Translations under genes and position numbers: made by a program
Source of the DNA: an uncultured Acidobacteriota bacterium
GTDB lineage: Bacteria; Acidobacteriota; UBA6911
NCBI GenBank assembly: GCA_963827655.1
Contig: CAWHCF010000002.1
Location: 160,001-224,000 of the forward strand
DNA length: 64,000 nucleotides
Direction of reading: 5' to 3'
The notes under the pieces: model-generated
The model's database searches: none
The model's input: the letters and a program-made list of their open reading frames with translations, nothing else
Told to the model about the DNA's origin: nothing
Shown here: positions 40,748 to 51,545 of the stretch, piece after piece
Layout: each line of letters opens with the position of its first letter
How positions within the stretch are numbered: the stretch's first letter is position 1

Positions 40748-43246
40748 ATGACCATGTCACGAGCACACATCCAAATGACGAAACTGCTTTGCCTCTTTGT
40801 CCTTGCAGCGGCAGTTCCAGGAGCAGGCACGCGAACTACTCTCGGGCAGACCTCGCCTTCTAACGACGAGTTCCAGCGGCTGGTGCGGCCGCTGTTGTCG
40901 AAGACATGCGTGACGTGCCACAGCGACCGCGCTCGTACCGCTGGCCTAAGCCTTGAGTCGTTTCGCGATGAGGCCTCGGCATCCGTGGCGCCGGAGGTGT
41001 GGCAGAAGGTTCTCGATAAGCTGAACGCTGGACAGATGCCGCCGCCGCCGGCAGCGCCTCTTTCTCGATCGGATCTCGCCGCCGTAACCGGATGGATACG
41101 AAAACTGCCCGGTATCTCGGACGCGGCAGCGGGCGATTCACCGATTCAGCCCGGCCGTGTAACCGCTCGTCGCTTGAACAGAACCGAGTACAACAACACC
41201 ATTCGTGATCTGCTCGGCGTTTCCCTTCGGCCGGCCAACGAGTTCCCGGTCGACGATTCCGGGTATGGCTTCGACAATAACGGCGACGTGCTTTCGCTTT
41301 CGCCCTTGTTGATGGAGAAGTACATCAACGCGGCCCGCACGGTGTCGCGGGCGGCGGTATTTGGTGAGCCGTTTCCAGAGCGCCCCACGCTGCTCGTCAA
41401 GCTGCAATCGAAGAAGGTGCAGGATGACCTTCAAGCGCGTGGCAACGTGACGCCATACTCGCTGCGCGGCGCGGTCTATGCGACGTTCCATGCGCCCGTG
41501 GAAGCCGAGTACGAGTTCCGCATCCGCTACCAAAACTTCCGCGGCAGGGAAACCGTCGTCCAGGATGACGGACCGCAGCGGGGAGCACCTCGGGACGGGG
41601 CCGGAGCACCGGCGCAAGCCGCGCCGACCGTGCCGGCGCGTGCCGCCGGCACAACGCGACGATACTCAAACGACGAACAGAATCGCCTTGGGGCTCCGCC
41701 CGTGGAAATGAAGCTCGCCGTTGATGGAAAGCCCGTCTTTTCCTACGTTGTAGAGGGCAACTCCGACTACAACTACGCTCGCGGCGAGAATATCGTGCGC
41801 GTGAAGCTCAGCGCAGGCGATCACTCGATCCGTGGGTCTTTTCCCGAATACGCGAATCTCGCCGACGCTCGCAAACAGTTGAATCCCGATGGCAGGCGCA
41901 AGCTCTATATTGATTACATCGACATCGCCGGTCCCTTCGCCGTGGCGTCGACGCGCCCACCGGGATACAAGAAGATTTTTGTCTGCGGCGAACCCGGAAG
42001 CTACTCCGCAGAGTGCGCGCGGGAGATCGTGACGAATCTTCTGACGCGCGCCTATCGCCGCCCCGCCACGGAAGACGAAATCGGTAAGCTGCTGGATTTG
42101 GTCTCGCAGATCCAGAGACGGGATTCGTTCGAAGAAGCTATCCGGTTTGTCATCGAAGGCGTCCTGCTTTCACCCAGTTTTCTCTTCCGCATAGAGCGTG
42201 ACGCACCTGCCCGCCCTGGCTCCAACACTTACGAAATCGATGATTACGAGCTCGCGTCCCGGCTCTCGTACTTCCTGTGGAGCAGCATGCCGGATGACGA
42301 TCTGTTCCGCGCGGCGCAGGAGAAGCGACTTCGAGATCCCGTGGGATTGGCGGCACAGGTTCAAAGGATGCTCGCGGATCCGAAGTCCTCTGCGCTGGTC
42401 GATAACTTCGGCGAACAGTGGTTGAACTTGCGACTGATGGACCGGACGAAGCCCGATGCGGAGAAGTTCAATCGTGTCGATGACGAGCTTCTGGCGGCGA
42501 TGCGCCAGGAGACTCGCCTTTTCATGAACGCCGTGTTCCGTGAAAATCGGAGCGTGTTGGATTTCATCGATGGCCGTTTCACTTACGTCAATGGCCCGCT
42601 GGCGCGCTACTACGGTATTGAAGGCATTGACGGTGAGCAGTTCCAGCGGGTCGAACTGGACGGCGAGCAACGCAGCGGCATCGTAACGCAGGCGTCGATC
42701 CTCAGCATTTCGTCTTACGCAACACGCACGTCGCCCGTCCTGCGAGGCAAATGGGTGCTCGACAACCTGCTTGGTACGGCGCCGCCACCTCCACCCGACG
42801 GTACACCACAGCTCGTCGAGACCGATATCGGTACGGCGGCGTCGATGCGCCAGCGTCTGGAGCAGCACCGTGCCAACCCGAGTTGCGCCGCCTGCCACAA
42901 TTCCATGGACCCGATCGGATTCGGCCTCGAGACCTACGACGCCGCCGGTGCGTGGCGCACCAAGGATGGGAATTTCGACATCGACAGCTCCGGGACGCTG
43001 CCCGACGGCCGATCCTTTGCAGGTGCGAAAGGCTTGAAGGAAGTCCTGAAGGCCGACGCTGCACTCTTCGCGCGCAACTTTACCGAGAAACTTTTGACGT
43101 TTGCGCTGGGTCGTGGACTGGAACGACCGGACCGCCCAGCCGTCGATCAGATTCTCGGACAGTGCGCAAGTGACAATTACCGGTTTGCTACGTTGGTGAT
43201 CCAGATTGTGAACAGCCGTCCGTTCCGGATGCGGGCTAGAGCCTAG
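40748..43246 (+). CDS. DUF1592/1588/1587/1595/1585 (PSD/PSCyt) cytochrome-like protein
   Basis: CVTCH, MPP, RRLNRTEYNNT, LASRLSYFLWSSMPD, TSPVLRGKW, CAACH, MDPIGFGLE. Confidence 0.9.
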   Translation: MTMSRAHIQMTKLLCLFVLAAAVPGAGTRTTLGQTSPSNDEFQRLVRPLLSKTCVTCHSDRARTAGLSLESFRDEASASVAPEVWQKVLDKLNAGQMPPPPAAPLSRSDLAAVTGWIRKLPGISDAAAGDSPIQPGRVTARRLNRTEYNNTIRDLLGVSLRPANEFPVDDSGYGFDNNGDVLSLSPLLMEKYINAARTVSRAAVFGEPFPERPTLLVKLQSKKVQDDLQARGNVTPYSLRGAVYATFHAPVEAEYEFRIRYQNFRGRETVVQDDGPQRGAPRDGAGAPAQAAPTVPARAAGTTRRYSNDEQNRLGAPPVEMKLAVDGKPVFSYVVEGNSDYNYARGENIVRVKLSAGDHSIRGSFPEYANLADARKQLNPDGRRKLYIDYIDIAGPFAVASTRPPGYKKIFVCGEPGSYSAECAREIVTNLLTRAYRRPATEDEIGKLLDLVSQIQRRDSFEEAIRFVIEGVLLSPSFLFRIERDAPARPGSNTYEIDDYELASRLSYFLWSSMPDDDLFRAAQEKRLRDPVGLAAQVQRMLADPKSSALVDNFGEQWLNLRLMDRTKPDAEKFNRVDDELLAAMRQETRLFMNAVFRENRSVLDFIDGRFTYVNGPLARYYGIEGIDGEQFQRVELDGEQRSGIVTQASILSISSYATRTSPVLRGKWVLDNLLGTAPPPPPDGTPQLVETDIGTAASMRQRLEQHRANPSCAACHNSMDPIGFGLETYDAAGAWRTKDGNFDIDSSGTLPDGRSFAGAKGLKEVLKADAALFARNFTEKLLTFALGRGLERPDRPAVDQILGQCASDNYRFATLVIQIVNSRPFRMRARA

Positions 43247-43256
43247 AGGAGGAGTC

Positions 43257-44606
43257 GTGAGAAAGCTGTCTCGTCGTGCCGCGCTGCGCGGTTTTGGAGC
43301 CACTGTGGCGCTTCCATTTCTCGACGCGATGTTGCCCGCATTTGCAGCGCCCGCCCTGCAGAAAGGCGCTGCACCGGGCCGGATGGCGTATTTGTATGTG
43401 CCGAATGGCATCGTCATGGACCAGTGGACGCCCGCCGGCGGCGCCGGTTCAACGCCGTTCGGCGAGCTGCCGCGTATCACGAGCGCGCTCGCGCCCTACC
43501 GAAATGACATTCTGATATTGAGCGGCCTCACATCCGACGGTGGACGAGCTCACGGAGACGGGCCGGGCGATCATGGCCGTGCGGGCGCCGCATATCTGAC
43601 GGGGGTCCATCCCAAGAAGACCTACGGCAAGGATATCAAAACCGGCGTCTCCATGGATCAGATTGCAGCGAGGAACCTGGAAGGAAAGACGCGGTTCGCG
43701 TCGCTGGAACTCGGCTGCGAGGAAGGGATACAGGGCGGCAACTGCGATAACGGCTATAGCTGCGCGTACAGCAACAGCATTTCCTGGCGTACGGAGAATA
43801 CACCTAATCCTCCGGAGATCCGCCCGCGAGCCGTTTTCGAGCGGATGTTCGGTTCCACGGATGACGAGAAGGATCCAGCTAAAAGGCAGCGACAAGCGGA
43901 GTATCGCAAAAGCGTGTTGGACCTGGTGCTCGGCGACGCACAGCGGCTGAAGACTACTCTGGGTGGAGACGACCGGCGTAAACTCGATGAATACCTGTCT
44001 TCGATTCGCGATGTTGAAAAACGCATCCAGAATACCGAGCGCAACAACAGCGTAAACGTACCCACGACGGCGCCGGCGGCGAGCATTCCCATCGATTTCG
44101 CCGAGCATTCGCACGTAATGCTTGACCTGCTTACCCTGGCGTTCCAAACCGACAGCACACGCGTGATCACGGTACTACTCGGCATCGAGCAGAGTCCTCG
44201 TAACTATCCGGAGATCGGCATCACCGAAGGACATCACGGTCTGACGCATCATCAGGGTGACAGGGCCAAAATCGAGAAGGTCACCCAGATCAACGAGTAC
44301 CACATCAAACAATTCGTTTATCTGCTCGACAAGCTCAAGGCCTCGCGCGATGGTGACGGCTCACTCCTCGACAGTTCCATGATTGTCTATGGCAGCGGCC
44401 TCGCAGACGGCAACTCACACCAGCATCACAACCTGCCGACAGTGCTTGCGGGGCGCGCGCGCGGCACTATTCGTCCCGGCCGGCACATCCGCTATCCGAA
44501 TGAGACGCCAATCACGAATCTGTATCTGTCGATGCTCGATCGGCTGGATGTCAAGGTGGAGTCGATCGGTGATAGCACGGGAAGACTCGAAGGCTTGGAT
44601 ACCTGA
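43257..44606 (+). CDS. DUF1552 (HXXSHH) Tat-exported protein
   Basis: SRRAALRG Tat motif, YVPNG, SMDQIAA, HHGLTHH, GSLLDSS; canonical partner of the upstream gene. Confidence 0.9.
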   Translation: MRKLSRRAALRGFGATVALPFLDAMLPAFAAPALQKGAAPGRMAYLYVPNGIVMDQWTPAGGAGSTPFGELPRITSALAPYRNDILILSGLTSDGGRAHGDGPGDHGRAGAAYLTGVHPKKTYGKDIKTGVSMDQIAARNLEGKTRFASLELGCEEGIQGGNCDNGYSCAYSNSISWRTENTPNPPEIRPRAVFERMFGSTDDEKDPAKRQRQAEYRKSVLDLVLGDAQRLKTTLGGDDRRKLDEYLSSIRDVEKRIQNTERNNSVNVPTTAPAASIPIDFAEHSHVMLDLLTLAFQTDSTRVITVLLGIEQSPRNYPEIGITEGHHGLTHHQGDRAKIEKVTQINEYHIKQFVYLLDKLKASRDGDGSLLDSSMIVYGSGLADGNSHQHHNLPTVLAGRARGTIRPGRHIRYPNETPITNLYLSMLDRLDVKVESIGDSTGRLEGLDT

Positions 44607-44776
44607 AACGTTGGAAATTCTGGCGACAGGCTATTACCGAATTGGGAGTTGGGAGTTGAGTAACCTAGAAGCTGTGAAAAAATAAAGAAAACCACGGAGA
44701 AAAAGTAATTCTGATCAGGCTTTTCTCCACGATTTCCGTGTCCTCCGAAAATGACTCTTTGTTCCGCCTATCCGCC

Positions 44777-44945
44777 TGTCCATCGCAAAAACCCCGGCCT
44801 CATTAGGGTTGACTTTACGTACCATTGAGTCCGACACTCGTTGGCCATGATGCTGACGATTCTGCGACTGCTCTGTCTGATTCAGACCGCCCTCAGGCTG
44901 CGTTCGGAGCTGGCTCTTGAGAACCTGGCGCTGCGACAGCAGGTT
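44777..44945 (+). mobile_element. 5' remnant of an integrase-core-domain transposase element
   Basis: TGTCC start followed by MMLTILRLL...RSELALENLALRQQ, an N-terminus I recognise from such transposases; truncated. Confidence 0.55.
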
Positions 44946-45157
44946 GTGTTCCGCAAATATTCGATCTGACAAGAAAATTGGCTTTTGAGCATGTAAGATT
45001 TTGTCCGCCATGCTGAACCTGCCCCAACTTGCAAAGTTTCGGACAACAAGGTGACGGGCCACCGTGACGCGGGTGGTCACGGATTCGAACGGCCAGAGTG
45101 TCCCCGGCGCGTCATTGCGCGAAACCAGTCAGTCCTCCAGCTCGGCGAGACTTCCGC

Positions 45158-46081
45158 TCAGGGTTTGCTCTTTGACCGGCTCGCGCTGACGTCCTCGGTT
45201 GAAAAGTGAATATAAGTGAAACATTCAGGAATATGAGAGTCCCAGATCCCGTGCCGGCTCCAGGCCCAGCCGCCCGAGTCTTTGGCAGGCGCGGGAGCCT
45301 TGTACTGATTGAAGCGCGAAAAATCCATACGCCAGATGTCGCCGTTCTTGGGGGGCAGCGACCGGCCATCTGCCCGAGCCAGCCATTTCATTCCCGGCCA
45401 GGGAAACGCCAACTCAACCGTCCAACCGCTGTCTGTGTCCCCACTCTGGTTGAGAGTGCCATTCACATGGACTGCAGTTTGCAATCCCGGAAAGTCCCAC
45501 GCCCAGGAGCCCAGGCGGCGTCCGCGAGGATGCGTTTTGAAACCGACTCCGTTGAACGGCCTGACTTTTGGATTGGAGCGGGAAAACTCCGGGACACCAG
45601 CGAAGCCACCCTGTTCGTAGCTCTCTTCCCAAATGAAGAACACTTCGTAGATGGTGTTGAAGGCATTGATTTCGAACTCATAGTAGCTGTCCTTGCCGGC
45701 GATAAAGAGCTCAACATCATTGTTCTTGTAGATGGGAGAATCCCGCTCGGTCAGGGTCGCCGCCACGTTCGGCTCTTCCACCCAGTAGCCGACATAGAAC
45801 TGGTTGTCGTCCCAGAGCAAAGCGGCTCTCGTGTCGTACAATGTCGCCTGACCACTGATTAAGTCGACAAAGCGGGACGAGCGGGGAGCCGAGCGCCAGC
45901 CGGGTTCGTCGAGAACCCCGTCGACCTTGATAGGTTCCTTCAGGCGATAAGCCGTGTAATGAGGAATGTCTTTCTCTGCGCAGGGAAATTGCGACTTATC
46001 TTGAGACATGGGGGTGCCGGCCAGGAGGCCGAATCCGATGATGATGCCGACCAGATAGCCTATGGAAGTTCGTGTCTTCAT
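45158..46081 (-). CDS. Carbohydrate-binding family 9-like (DOMON) protein
   Basis: IKVDGVLDEPGW, LWDD, NDVELFI, YYEFEIN, WTVELAFPW, WRMDFSR. Confidence 0.85.
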   Translation of the reverse strand: MKTRTSIGYLVGIIIGFGLLAGTPMSQDKSQFPCAEKDIPHYTAYRLKEPIKVDGVLDEPGWRSAPRSSRFVDLISGQATLYDTRAALLWDDNQFYVGYWVEEPNVAATLTERDSPIYKNNDVELFIAGKDSYYEFEINAFNTIYEVFFIWEESYEQGGFAGVPEFSRSNPKVRPFNGVGFKTHPRGRRLGSWAWDFPGLQTAVHVNGTLNQSGDTDSGWTVELAFPWPGMKWLARADGRSLPPKNGDIWRMDFSRFNQYKAPAPAKDSGGWAWSRHGIWDSHIPECFTYIHFSTEDVSASRSKSKP

Positions 46082-46718
46082 CTTGCTCCTCGCCGCGACG
46101 ACGGCCTGATCGTGCTTTCCAAATTCGAAACGTATTAAATTCCTTGAAGTCGGTGGTGTGGCTTGCAACTGATGCAACATCTTGAGAGAAATTTGTCAGT
46201 ACGCGCGTCTTTATTCTCCAAGCGACGGTTCTGCGTGAAAAGAACTTGTGAGAATTTTATCGGCGAGGGGTGAGTCGCCGTATTCCCGCGAGGCTTTTTA
46301 TCATACCACCGTCCTATTTCGAACGGACAAGAAGGGCGGTAGCCATGACGAGACAGCTCCGAACCACACCAGCGCCTGCCATCGTCCTGGGCTGTTTGCT
46401 GAGCCTTACACTGCGGTCAGCCAAGCCCAGGAAACAGGCCAAGCTGGGAGAGGCTTGATCGGGCCCGGGATCGAGTCCGCCGGCGTGTTCCCTGAGGAGG
46501 TGCCGAATGCGGGTTCGATGGAGTATACGGTCCCCACTGGAGGCGCCTGCAGCTAGAGGTGGCAAGACCACACCTGCTCTGCGACTTCACTATTCTTCGG
46601 CAGTCCTAAGGTAGGCCTGCAAAACGAGGGCATTGTGGCCGGTTCCAAGAATTATGGCGTCGAAGGTTTCGCTCATCGCGCGTCTGGCCGTGCAAATTGC
46701 AGCAGAGGATCCGGCGGA

Positions 46719-48323
46719 TCAGAATGGAGCTCGACACTCGAAGTTCTTAGCGTCATCCGTGCTACCGCGCCCCTTGTACCGGGCGACCAGCGGATAGGGG
46801 CAGAGAGGTCGTGATCGGATTACAACACCTGTCGCATCACGGCGAATAGCCGGGAGAGAGTCAGGGGCCGCGCTGTCCTCTACCCACCGCAGCAGCGCGT
46901 CCAGAAATCCGCTCGGTTGTGGTCCAGGTCCGCCTCCGCAATGACCCACGCCAGGCGCCATGAACAGGCGCATGAACTTCTCGGTCTCCCTTCGCCCGCC
47001 CATGCGTTCGACCACGCGGTCGTAGTAGTCGATGCTGCCTTCGGGGAAGATGAGTTCGTCAGACCAGCCGTGCCAGACGAGCAGTTTGCCATTCGACTTC
47101 CGGAAAAGCGACAGGTCGGGATTGGCCGTGCCGATGACCGCGTCATACTGCTCCACCGACTGATCGAAGAGCTGCTCGAAGCGTTTGGGAGTGAGGGTCG
47201 TCCAATCCCAAGATGGGTCCTGCTGGAGAAAATATCGGAGCCACTCTAGTGAGATCCTGAATGGCCGGCCGGTTAGTGGCGTGCCGTCTGTCCCAGCAAG
47301 GCGGGTGAGCGGTGCCCCGCGCGCGAGCCCGTACCACATCTTAGTGCCATCGGCGCGGCGCGGCCCATCCCACACTTTCTGGATAACGGCTGCATCGGCT
47401 AGAGTGAACACGCCGCAGTTTTCGGTGCTCGTTCCGACCAGCGTCTTTGGATCGAACGTGCAGCGCCGCGGGTCCTCGAGTACACCATCCTCGACGCCGT
47501 CCATCGTGTCGCAGGATTTTACGGCCGCGGCCGTCGCCATGTCGGCCTTGCAGGCCGGCAGGAAATTCCGCGTGTCGAGCATCACGACCTGGGGCCAGAA
47601 GTCTGCGGGAATGAATTGCCCCCAATTGATTGCCGGTGCGATCGCAAGAATCCCGTCGTAGTCGTCCGGGAATCGTTGTGCCTCCATGAGGCCCTGCCGG
47701 CCGCCGCTCGAACAGCCGTTGAAATACGAGTAGCGCGGCGGCACCCCGTACAACCCTCGCGTGAGTTCTTTCGCGACGACGGTCATCGCGTGAATGCCGA
47801 GCGAGGCGTTGTCACGGATCAACTGCCAATTGAGCCGCCCGTTGGCATCGAGAGCGAAGCTCCCGCTGCCACCCTCATGACCGGTATCGGTTGCGGCGGC
47901 GACATATCCCATGTCGGCGGGTTGGATGATGTTGTTTGCGCTCCCGCCGGCATAGCCGCCTCCGCCCGTGGCTTGAAAACGGCCGTTCCAGTCTTGCATC
48001 GGAAGTGCGACGAACACCTTGATCCGATCTCCAGCCGGCGGGTGCGTGACCGTAGCCGTGACACGGCACACGGGACCACTCTTGCGCTGGTCGATTGTCG
48101 CGCTGTCGATTGTGGTGTCACGCAATTCGACTGATGCGAGACTCTCGCACAATCGCACCGGTCTGGCGCCCGGGATGGCGGGCTTGGGCGCGACCGGCGG
48201 AGGACCGGAAGACTGCACACCAGGCTGCACCTGCACGGGAGCGGCGGGTGCCGGCGTGCCAACCTGCTGGACGTTGAGGACGAAAGTGCCGAGAGCCAGC
48301 ACAAATCCGAACGATCGGAGCAT
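46719..48323 (-). CDS. Tannase/feruloyl esterase family hydrolase
   Basis: WNGRFQATGGGG, TDTGH, GCSSGGRQG, HGWSD, PGVGHCGGG, RPLCPYP. Confidence 0.92.
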   Translation of the reverse strand: MLRSFGFVLALGTFVLNVQQVGTPAPAAPVQVQPGVQSSGPPPVAPKPAIPGARPVRLCESLASVELRDTTIDSATIDQRKSGPVCRVTATVTHPPAGDRIKVFVALPMQDWNGRFQATGGGGYAGGSANNIIQPADMGYVAAATDTGHEGGSGSFALDANGRLNWQLIRDNASLGIHAMTVVAKELTRGLYGVPPRYSYFNGCSSGGRQGLMEAQRFPDDYDGILAIAPAINWGQFIPADFWPQVVMLDTRNFLPACKADMATAAAVKSCDTMDGVEDGVLEDPRRCTFDPKTLVGTSTENCGVFTLADAAVIQKVWDGPRRADGTKMWYGLARGAPLTRLAGTDGTPLTGRPFRISLEWLRYFLQQDPSWDWTTLTPKRFEQLFDQSVEQYDAVIGTANPDLSLFRKSNGKLLVWHGWSDELIFPEGSIDYYDRVVERMGGRRETEKFMRLFMAPGVGHCGGGPGPQPSGFLDALLRWVEDSAAPDSLPAIRRDATGVVIRSRPLCPYPLVARYKGRGSTDDAKNFECRAPF

Positions 48324-48618
48324 GGGTCCCCTCTATAATGTGCATTGAATCCCGTGGGCCTTCAATACTGCGCGGCTCGAACGGTGCGCCAGCTTGAACG
48401 TCGCGTAGAGACGTATAGGCGGAAAAGGCCGCTCTTTCGAAGAGGAACTGAGTTACGACTTCTTTCCACTGCCTCTGGATTGGGTGATCATATTAACTTC
48501 CGACTACGCCAGCGCCGACAGGGAGGGATTCTATACCGAAAAAGAGTTGCCCCACGCAGCGAATTTGCACACGGCTATCCCTGGGCAGGTTGATGGGATC
48601 TATCACGAAGGCAAGCGC

Positions 48619-49983
48619 ATGAGCGTTCCTCGCTTTGAGCTGCGCGCGGCGGCCGCGCTGTTCCTCGAGCGCCAGTGGCTCGATCGCCCGCGTGGCCGCA
48701 GACTGTCGGAGAGCTCGCTGGACGCGTTCGCACGGGCGACCGGTGGCATCCAGCTCGACTCGATCAACGTGGTGGAACGCGCGCATCACCTGACGCTTTG
48801 GAGCCGCTTCGGCCCGTATCGCCTCGAATCGCTGCGCAGGCTGATCGAGGAGAGGCGTGTGTTGTTCGAGTACTGGGCGCACGTCGCATGTCTGATTGCG
48901 ACCTCCGACTTCCCGGCGTGGCGCCGGGCGATGCTCGACTATCGGCACCGCCACAAAGGCTGGGCGTTCCTGCTCGAGAAGCACAGAGACATAATCCCAA
49001 AGGTCGAACAGGCAATCCGCGAGCACGGACCAATCGGAAACTCGTACTTCAGCTATCCCACGGGCGAGGCCGCCGGCGGCTGGTGGAACTGGAAGCCGGC
49101 GACCCACGCGCTTGACTGGATGTTCATGAGCGGGCGCATCACCGTTCACTCGCGCGTTCACTTTCACAAGCGCTTCGATCTGATGGAGCGTGTGCTGCCG
49201 GAAGCCCTCGCGCGGGAACCATTGTCGGCCGCGGCGTTCAAGACCTGGCACCTGCGCCGCTCGCTGACCGCGATGGGAGCGGCGACCGAGACGGATCTGC
49301 GGCTGTACCTCACGTACCCGCGTATGCGGTCGACGGAGCGCCGGGCGGTCTTCCAGGAGGCGGTGCGCACCGGCGAAGTGGTGGAGATCGCGCTCGAAGG
49401 CGATCATGGCCGCTGGTTCGTGCTGCGGGACGATCTGCCGGCGCTCGAAGCCGCGGCCCGCAAGCGCGCACCGTCTAAAGGCTCGGCGCTGCTCGCGCCG
49501 TTCGATTCCTTCCTCTGGCACCGCGAGCGCACGCGACGGCTGTTCGGGCTCGACTACCGAATCGAGGTCTACACTCCGGACCACAAGCGCACGCACGGGT
49601 ACTACACGCTGCCGATGCTGGTGGACGGGTACCTGATCGGGCGCGCGGACGTCAAGACGCACCGCGGCGAGGGTGTGCTCGAGCTTCGGCGCGTGCAGTT
49701 CGAGCCATGGCTGGTGGCGGGCGACCCGCCGCCCGCAGCAAGTTGGAAGCCACTCGCCCTCGATCGCGCGCTGGCCGGGGTGGCGGAGGCAGCACATTCG
49801 CTCGCAGCGTTCGTCGGCGCCACGCGTGTGCAGTTGTCGCGCACCGCACCCACCAGGCTACACGCGCCGCTGCGCAGGTCGCTGGAAGCAGCCGCTGCCG
49901 ACGCCCCCCGCCGAGCCGAACGCGGTGGGCGGGCAAGAGGAAATTCCCGGTGGCGAACCTCCGACTCGGAGGCGCTGGTCTGA
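48619..49983 (+). CDS. YcaQ/AlkZ-family (HTH_42) crosslink-repair DNA glycosylase
   Basis: IQLDSINVVERAH (QxD), LFEYWAH, LLAPFDSFLW, YRIEVYTP, GYYTLP. Confidence 0.85.
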   Translation: MSVPRFELRAAAALFLERQWLDRPRGRRLSESSLDAFARATGGIQLDSINVVERAHHLTLWSRFGPYRLESLRRLIEERRVLFEYWAHVACLIATSDFPAWRRAMLDYRHRHKGWAFLLEKHRDIIPKVEQAIREHGPIGNSYFSYPTGEAAGGWWNWKPATHALDWMFMSGRITVHSRVHFHKRFDLMERVLPEALAREPLSAAAFKTWHLRRSLTAMGAATETDLRLYLTYPRMRSTERRAVFQEAVRTGEVVEIALEGDHGRWFVLRDDLPALEAAARKRAPSKGSALLAPFDSFLWHRERTRRLFGLDYRIEVYTPDHKRTHGYYTLPMLVDGYLIGRADVKTHRGEGVLELRRVQFEPWLVAGDPPPAASWKPLALDRALAGVAEAAHSLAAFVGATRVQLSRTAPTRLHAPLRRSLEAAAADAPRRAERGGRARGNSRWRTSDSEALV

Positions 49984-50082
49984 TGGCAGCCTCCCACGCG
50001 AAACCGCGGGTGCTTTCGTCATCAAGTGTTGCTGGAAGGGCCTTAAAACTTTATGAGGCATGATATTACAGACTAATTTCAC

Positions 50083-50760
50083 GGTATTGTCAACTTGGCA
50101 TCCTCGGATCGAGGTCGGGACGGTTGTGGGGTTGACGCCTTGATTGATCAGGCAAATGTTACTTCATGCCAAAATAAGGAAGGAGCGGGCTCGCAATAGC
50201 CGGTGGTTGGCTGACCGGAGCAGGTGCCGTCCAACTCGGAAGAGATTGTGGATGATTCCGTGGACCGACAGGAATCGTTGCGCTTGAGCGGCGGATTTAA
50301 ACCCTCGCATTTGTCGCTCGCGTTGTCGAGTTGGCTCGTGTGAGACTTCAGCGCGATTGTTGGCGTAACATTCGGTGTCATGGATGACAGAAGGCATGAT
50401 GGTCCGGAGCGCTGCGCCGTAGCTCCTCAGCCTATCGGTTACCAGCCGCCAGGGTTCGCTTCCCTGGCCCTTCAAAAGCCGACGAAAGAAGCGTTCCGCT
50501 GCACACTGATCGCGACGGCGCTGGACAAGAATATCGATTACGTCCCCGTCCTGGTCAACCGCGCGCCAGAGATACTGTCGCTGACCCTGGATAGTCACGA
50601 AGAGTTCGTCCAGGTGCCAAGTGTCACCCAAGCGGCCCTGTCGTCGCTTGAGTGTCCGGGCGTATCGGCACCGAACTTCTGACACCACTGTCGGATGGCC
50701 TCGAGGAGACTTGAGAATCACGCGCTCTGCCGAAAGTCTCAACATCTCGGGTCAGGCTCT
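50083..50760 (-). mobile_element. IS6-family transposase remnant with terminal IR
   Basis: GGTATTGTCAACTT end; WHLDE, YLWRAVDQDG, LVTD, NNRAEVSH, RERQMRGFKS; 5' part degenerate. Confidence 0.9.
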
Positions 50761-50831
50761 CGGTAGAATGGGGTTGATTAACGTTAATCAATCTCAAGGA
50801 GGTCTTTCCTTTGCGCAAAAAGACCGCAGCT

Positions 50832-51134
50832 ATGGTCCATCGTCTCCCCATCACCAAAGCACGGATCAACCTTGGCCAGGTTGTGCGTAGAGCGCATGTC
50901 AACAAGGAGTACTTCATCCTGGAAAAAGACGGCATTCCCGTGGCCGGAATCATGGATGCCGATGAACTTGAGGATTATCTTGAGCTACAGGATCCCAAGG
51001 TCCGGCGCTTCATCAAGGAGAGCCATCAGGAATACCTTGCCGGCAGATCAAGACCCGCCGAGGAACTCTTGGCAGCACTGCGACGCAAGACGACACAACG
51101 AGCAAAGAAGACTCGTAAACCCACGAAAGCATGA
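50832..51134 (+). CDS. Phd/YefM-family antitoxin
   Basis: ITKARINLGQVV...ILEKDGIPVAGIM; overlaps the toxin start (ATGA). Confidence 0.8.
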   Translation: MVHRLPITKARINLGQVVRRAHVNKEYFILEKDGIPVAGIMDADELEDYLELQDPKVRRFIKESHQEYLAGRSRPAEELLAALRRKTTQRAKKTRKPTKA

Positions 51135-51415
51135 CGGCGTCTTTTGTCGTTCGCACGACTCCCAAGGTAGACCGGCTTCTCAAGAAGCTAACCAAGCGCC
51201 ACCCAGATTTACCCGTCCGATTCGCCGAAACAATGGCGATCTTGGGAGAGGACCCGTATAACGTCACCCGCTCCCATCCAATCAAAAGGCTCGAGGGTAG
51301 CAAGCCGGGCGAAGGCCAATATCGGTTGCGGCTGGCTGGCGTTTTCGCTACGACATCGCTGGGCAAGCGGTTGTTCTTCACTACTGCGGACTGCGGAGAA
51401 GATACCTATCGCTAG
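51131..51415 (+). CDS. RelE/ParE-family toxin (3' end looks frameshifted or degenerate)
   Basis: DRLLKKL, HPIKRLEG, GQYRLRL. Confidence 0.7.
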   Translation: MTASFVVRTTPKVDRLLKKLTKRHPDLPVRFAETMAILGEDPYNVTRSHPIKRLEGSKPGEGQYRLRLAGVFATTSLGKRLFFTTADCGEDTYR

Positions 51416-51545
51416 AGTGGGGCGAACGCAAGATTCCCAGCAACAAACGAGCGCGGGGGTCAATCCCCTGGCTTGTTTGAGTTGGACTTTCCTTGTTTGC
51501 CCTGCACACCGAGCGTAAGGCGGTTTTGCGGCTTGCGTTTGAACG

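Noticed and set aside
46345-46556. Short ORFs with a signal-peptide-like start
   Set aside because: Early stop and no recognisable family; probably a gene remnant
40104-50760. IS6 composite transposon formed by the two IS6 remnants
   Set aside because: Both are truncated, and both surviving ends have element sequence to their right, so they do not enclose the intervening DNA as outer ends
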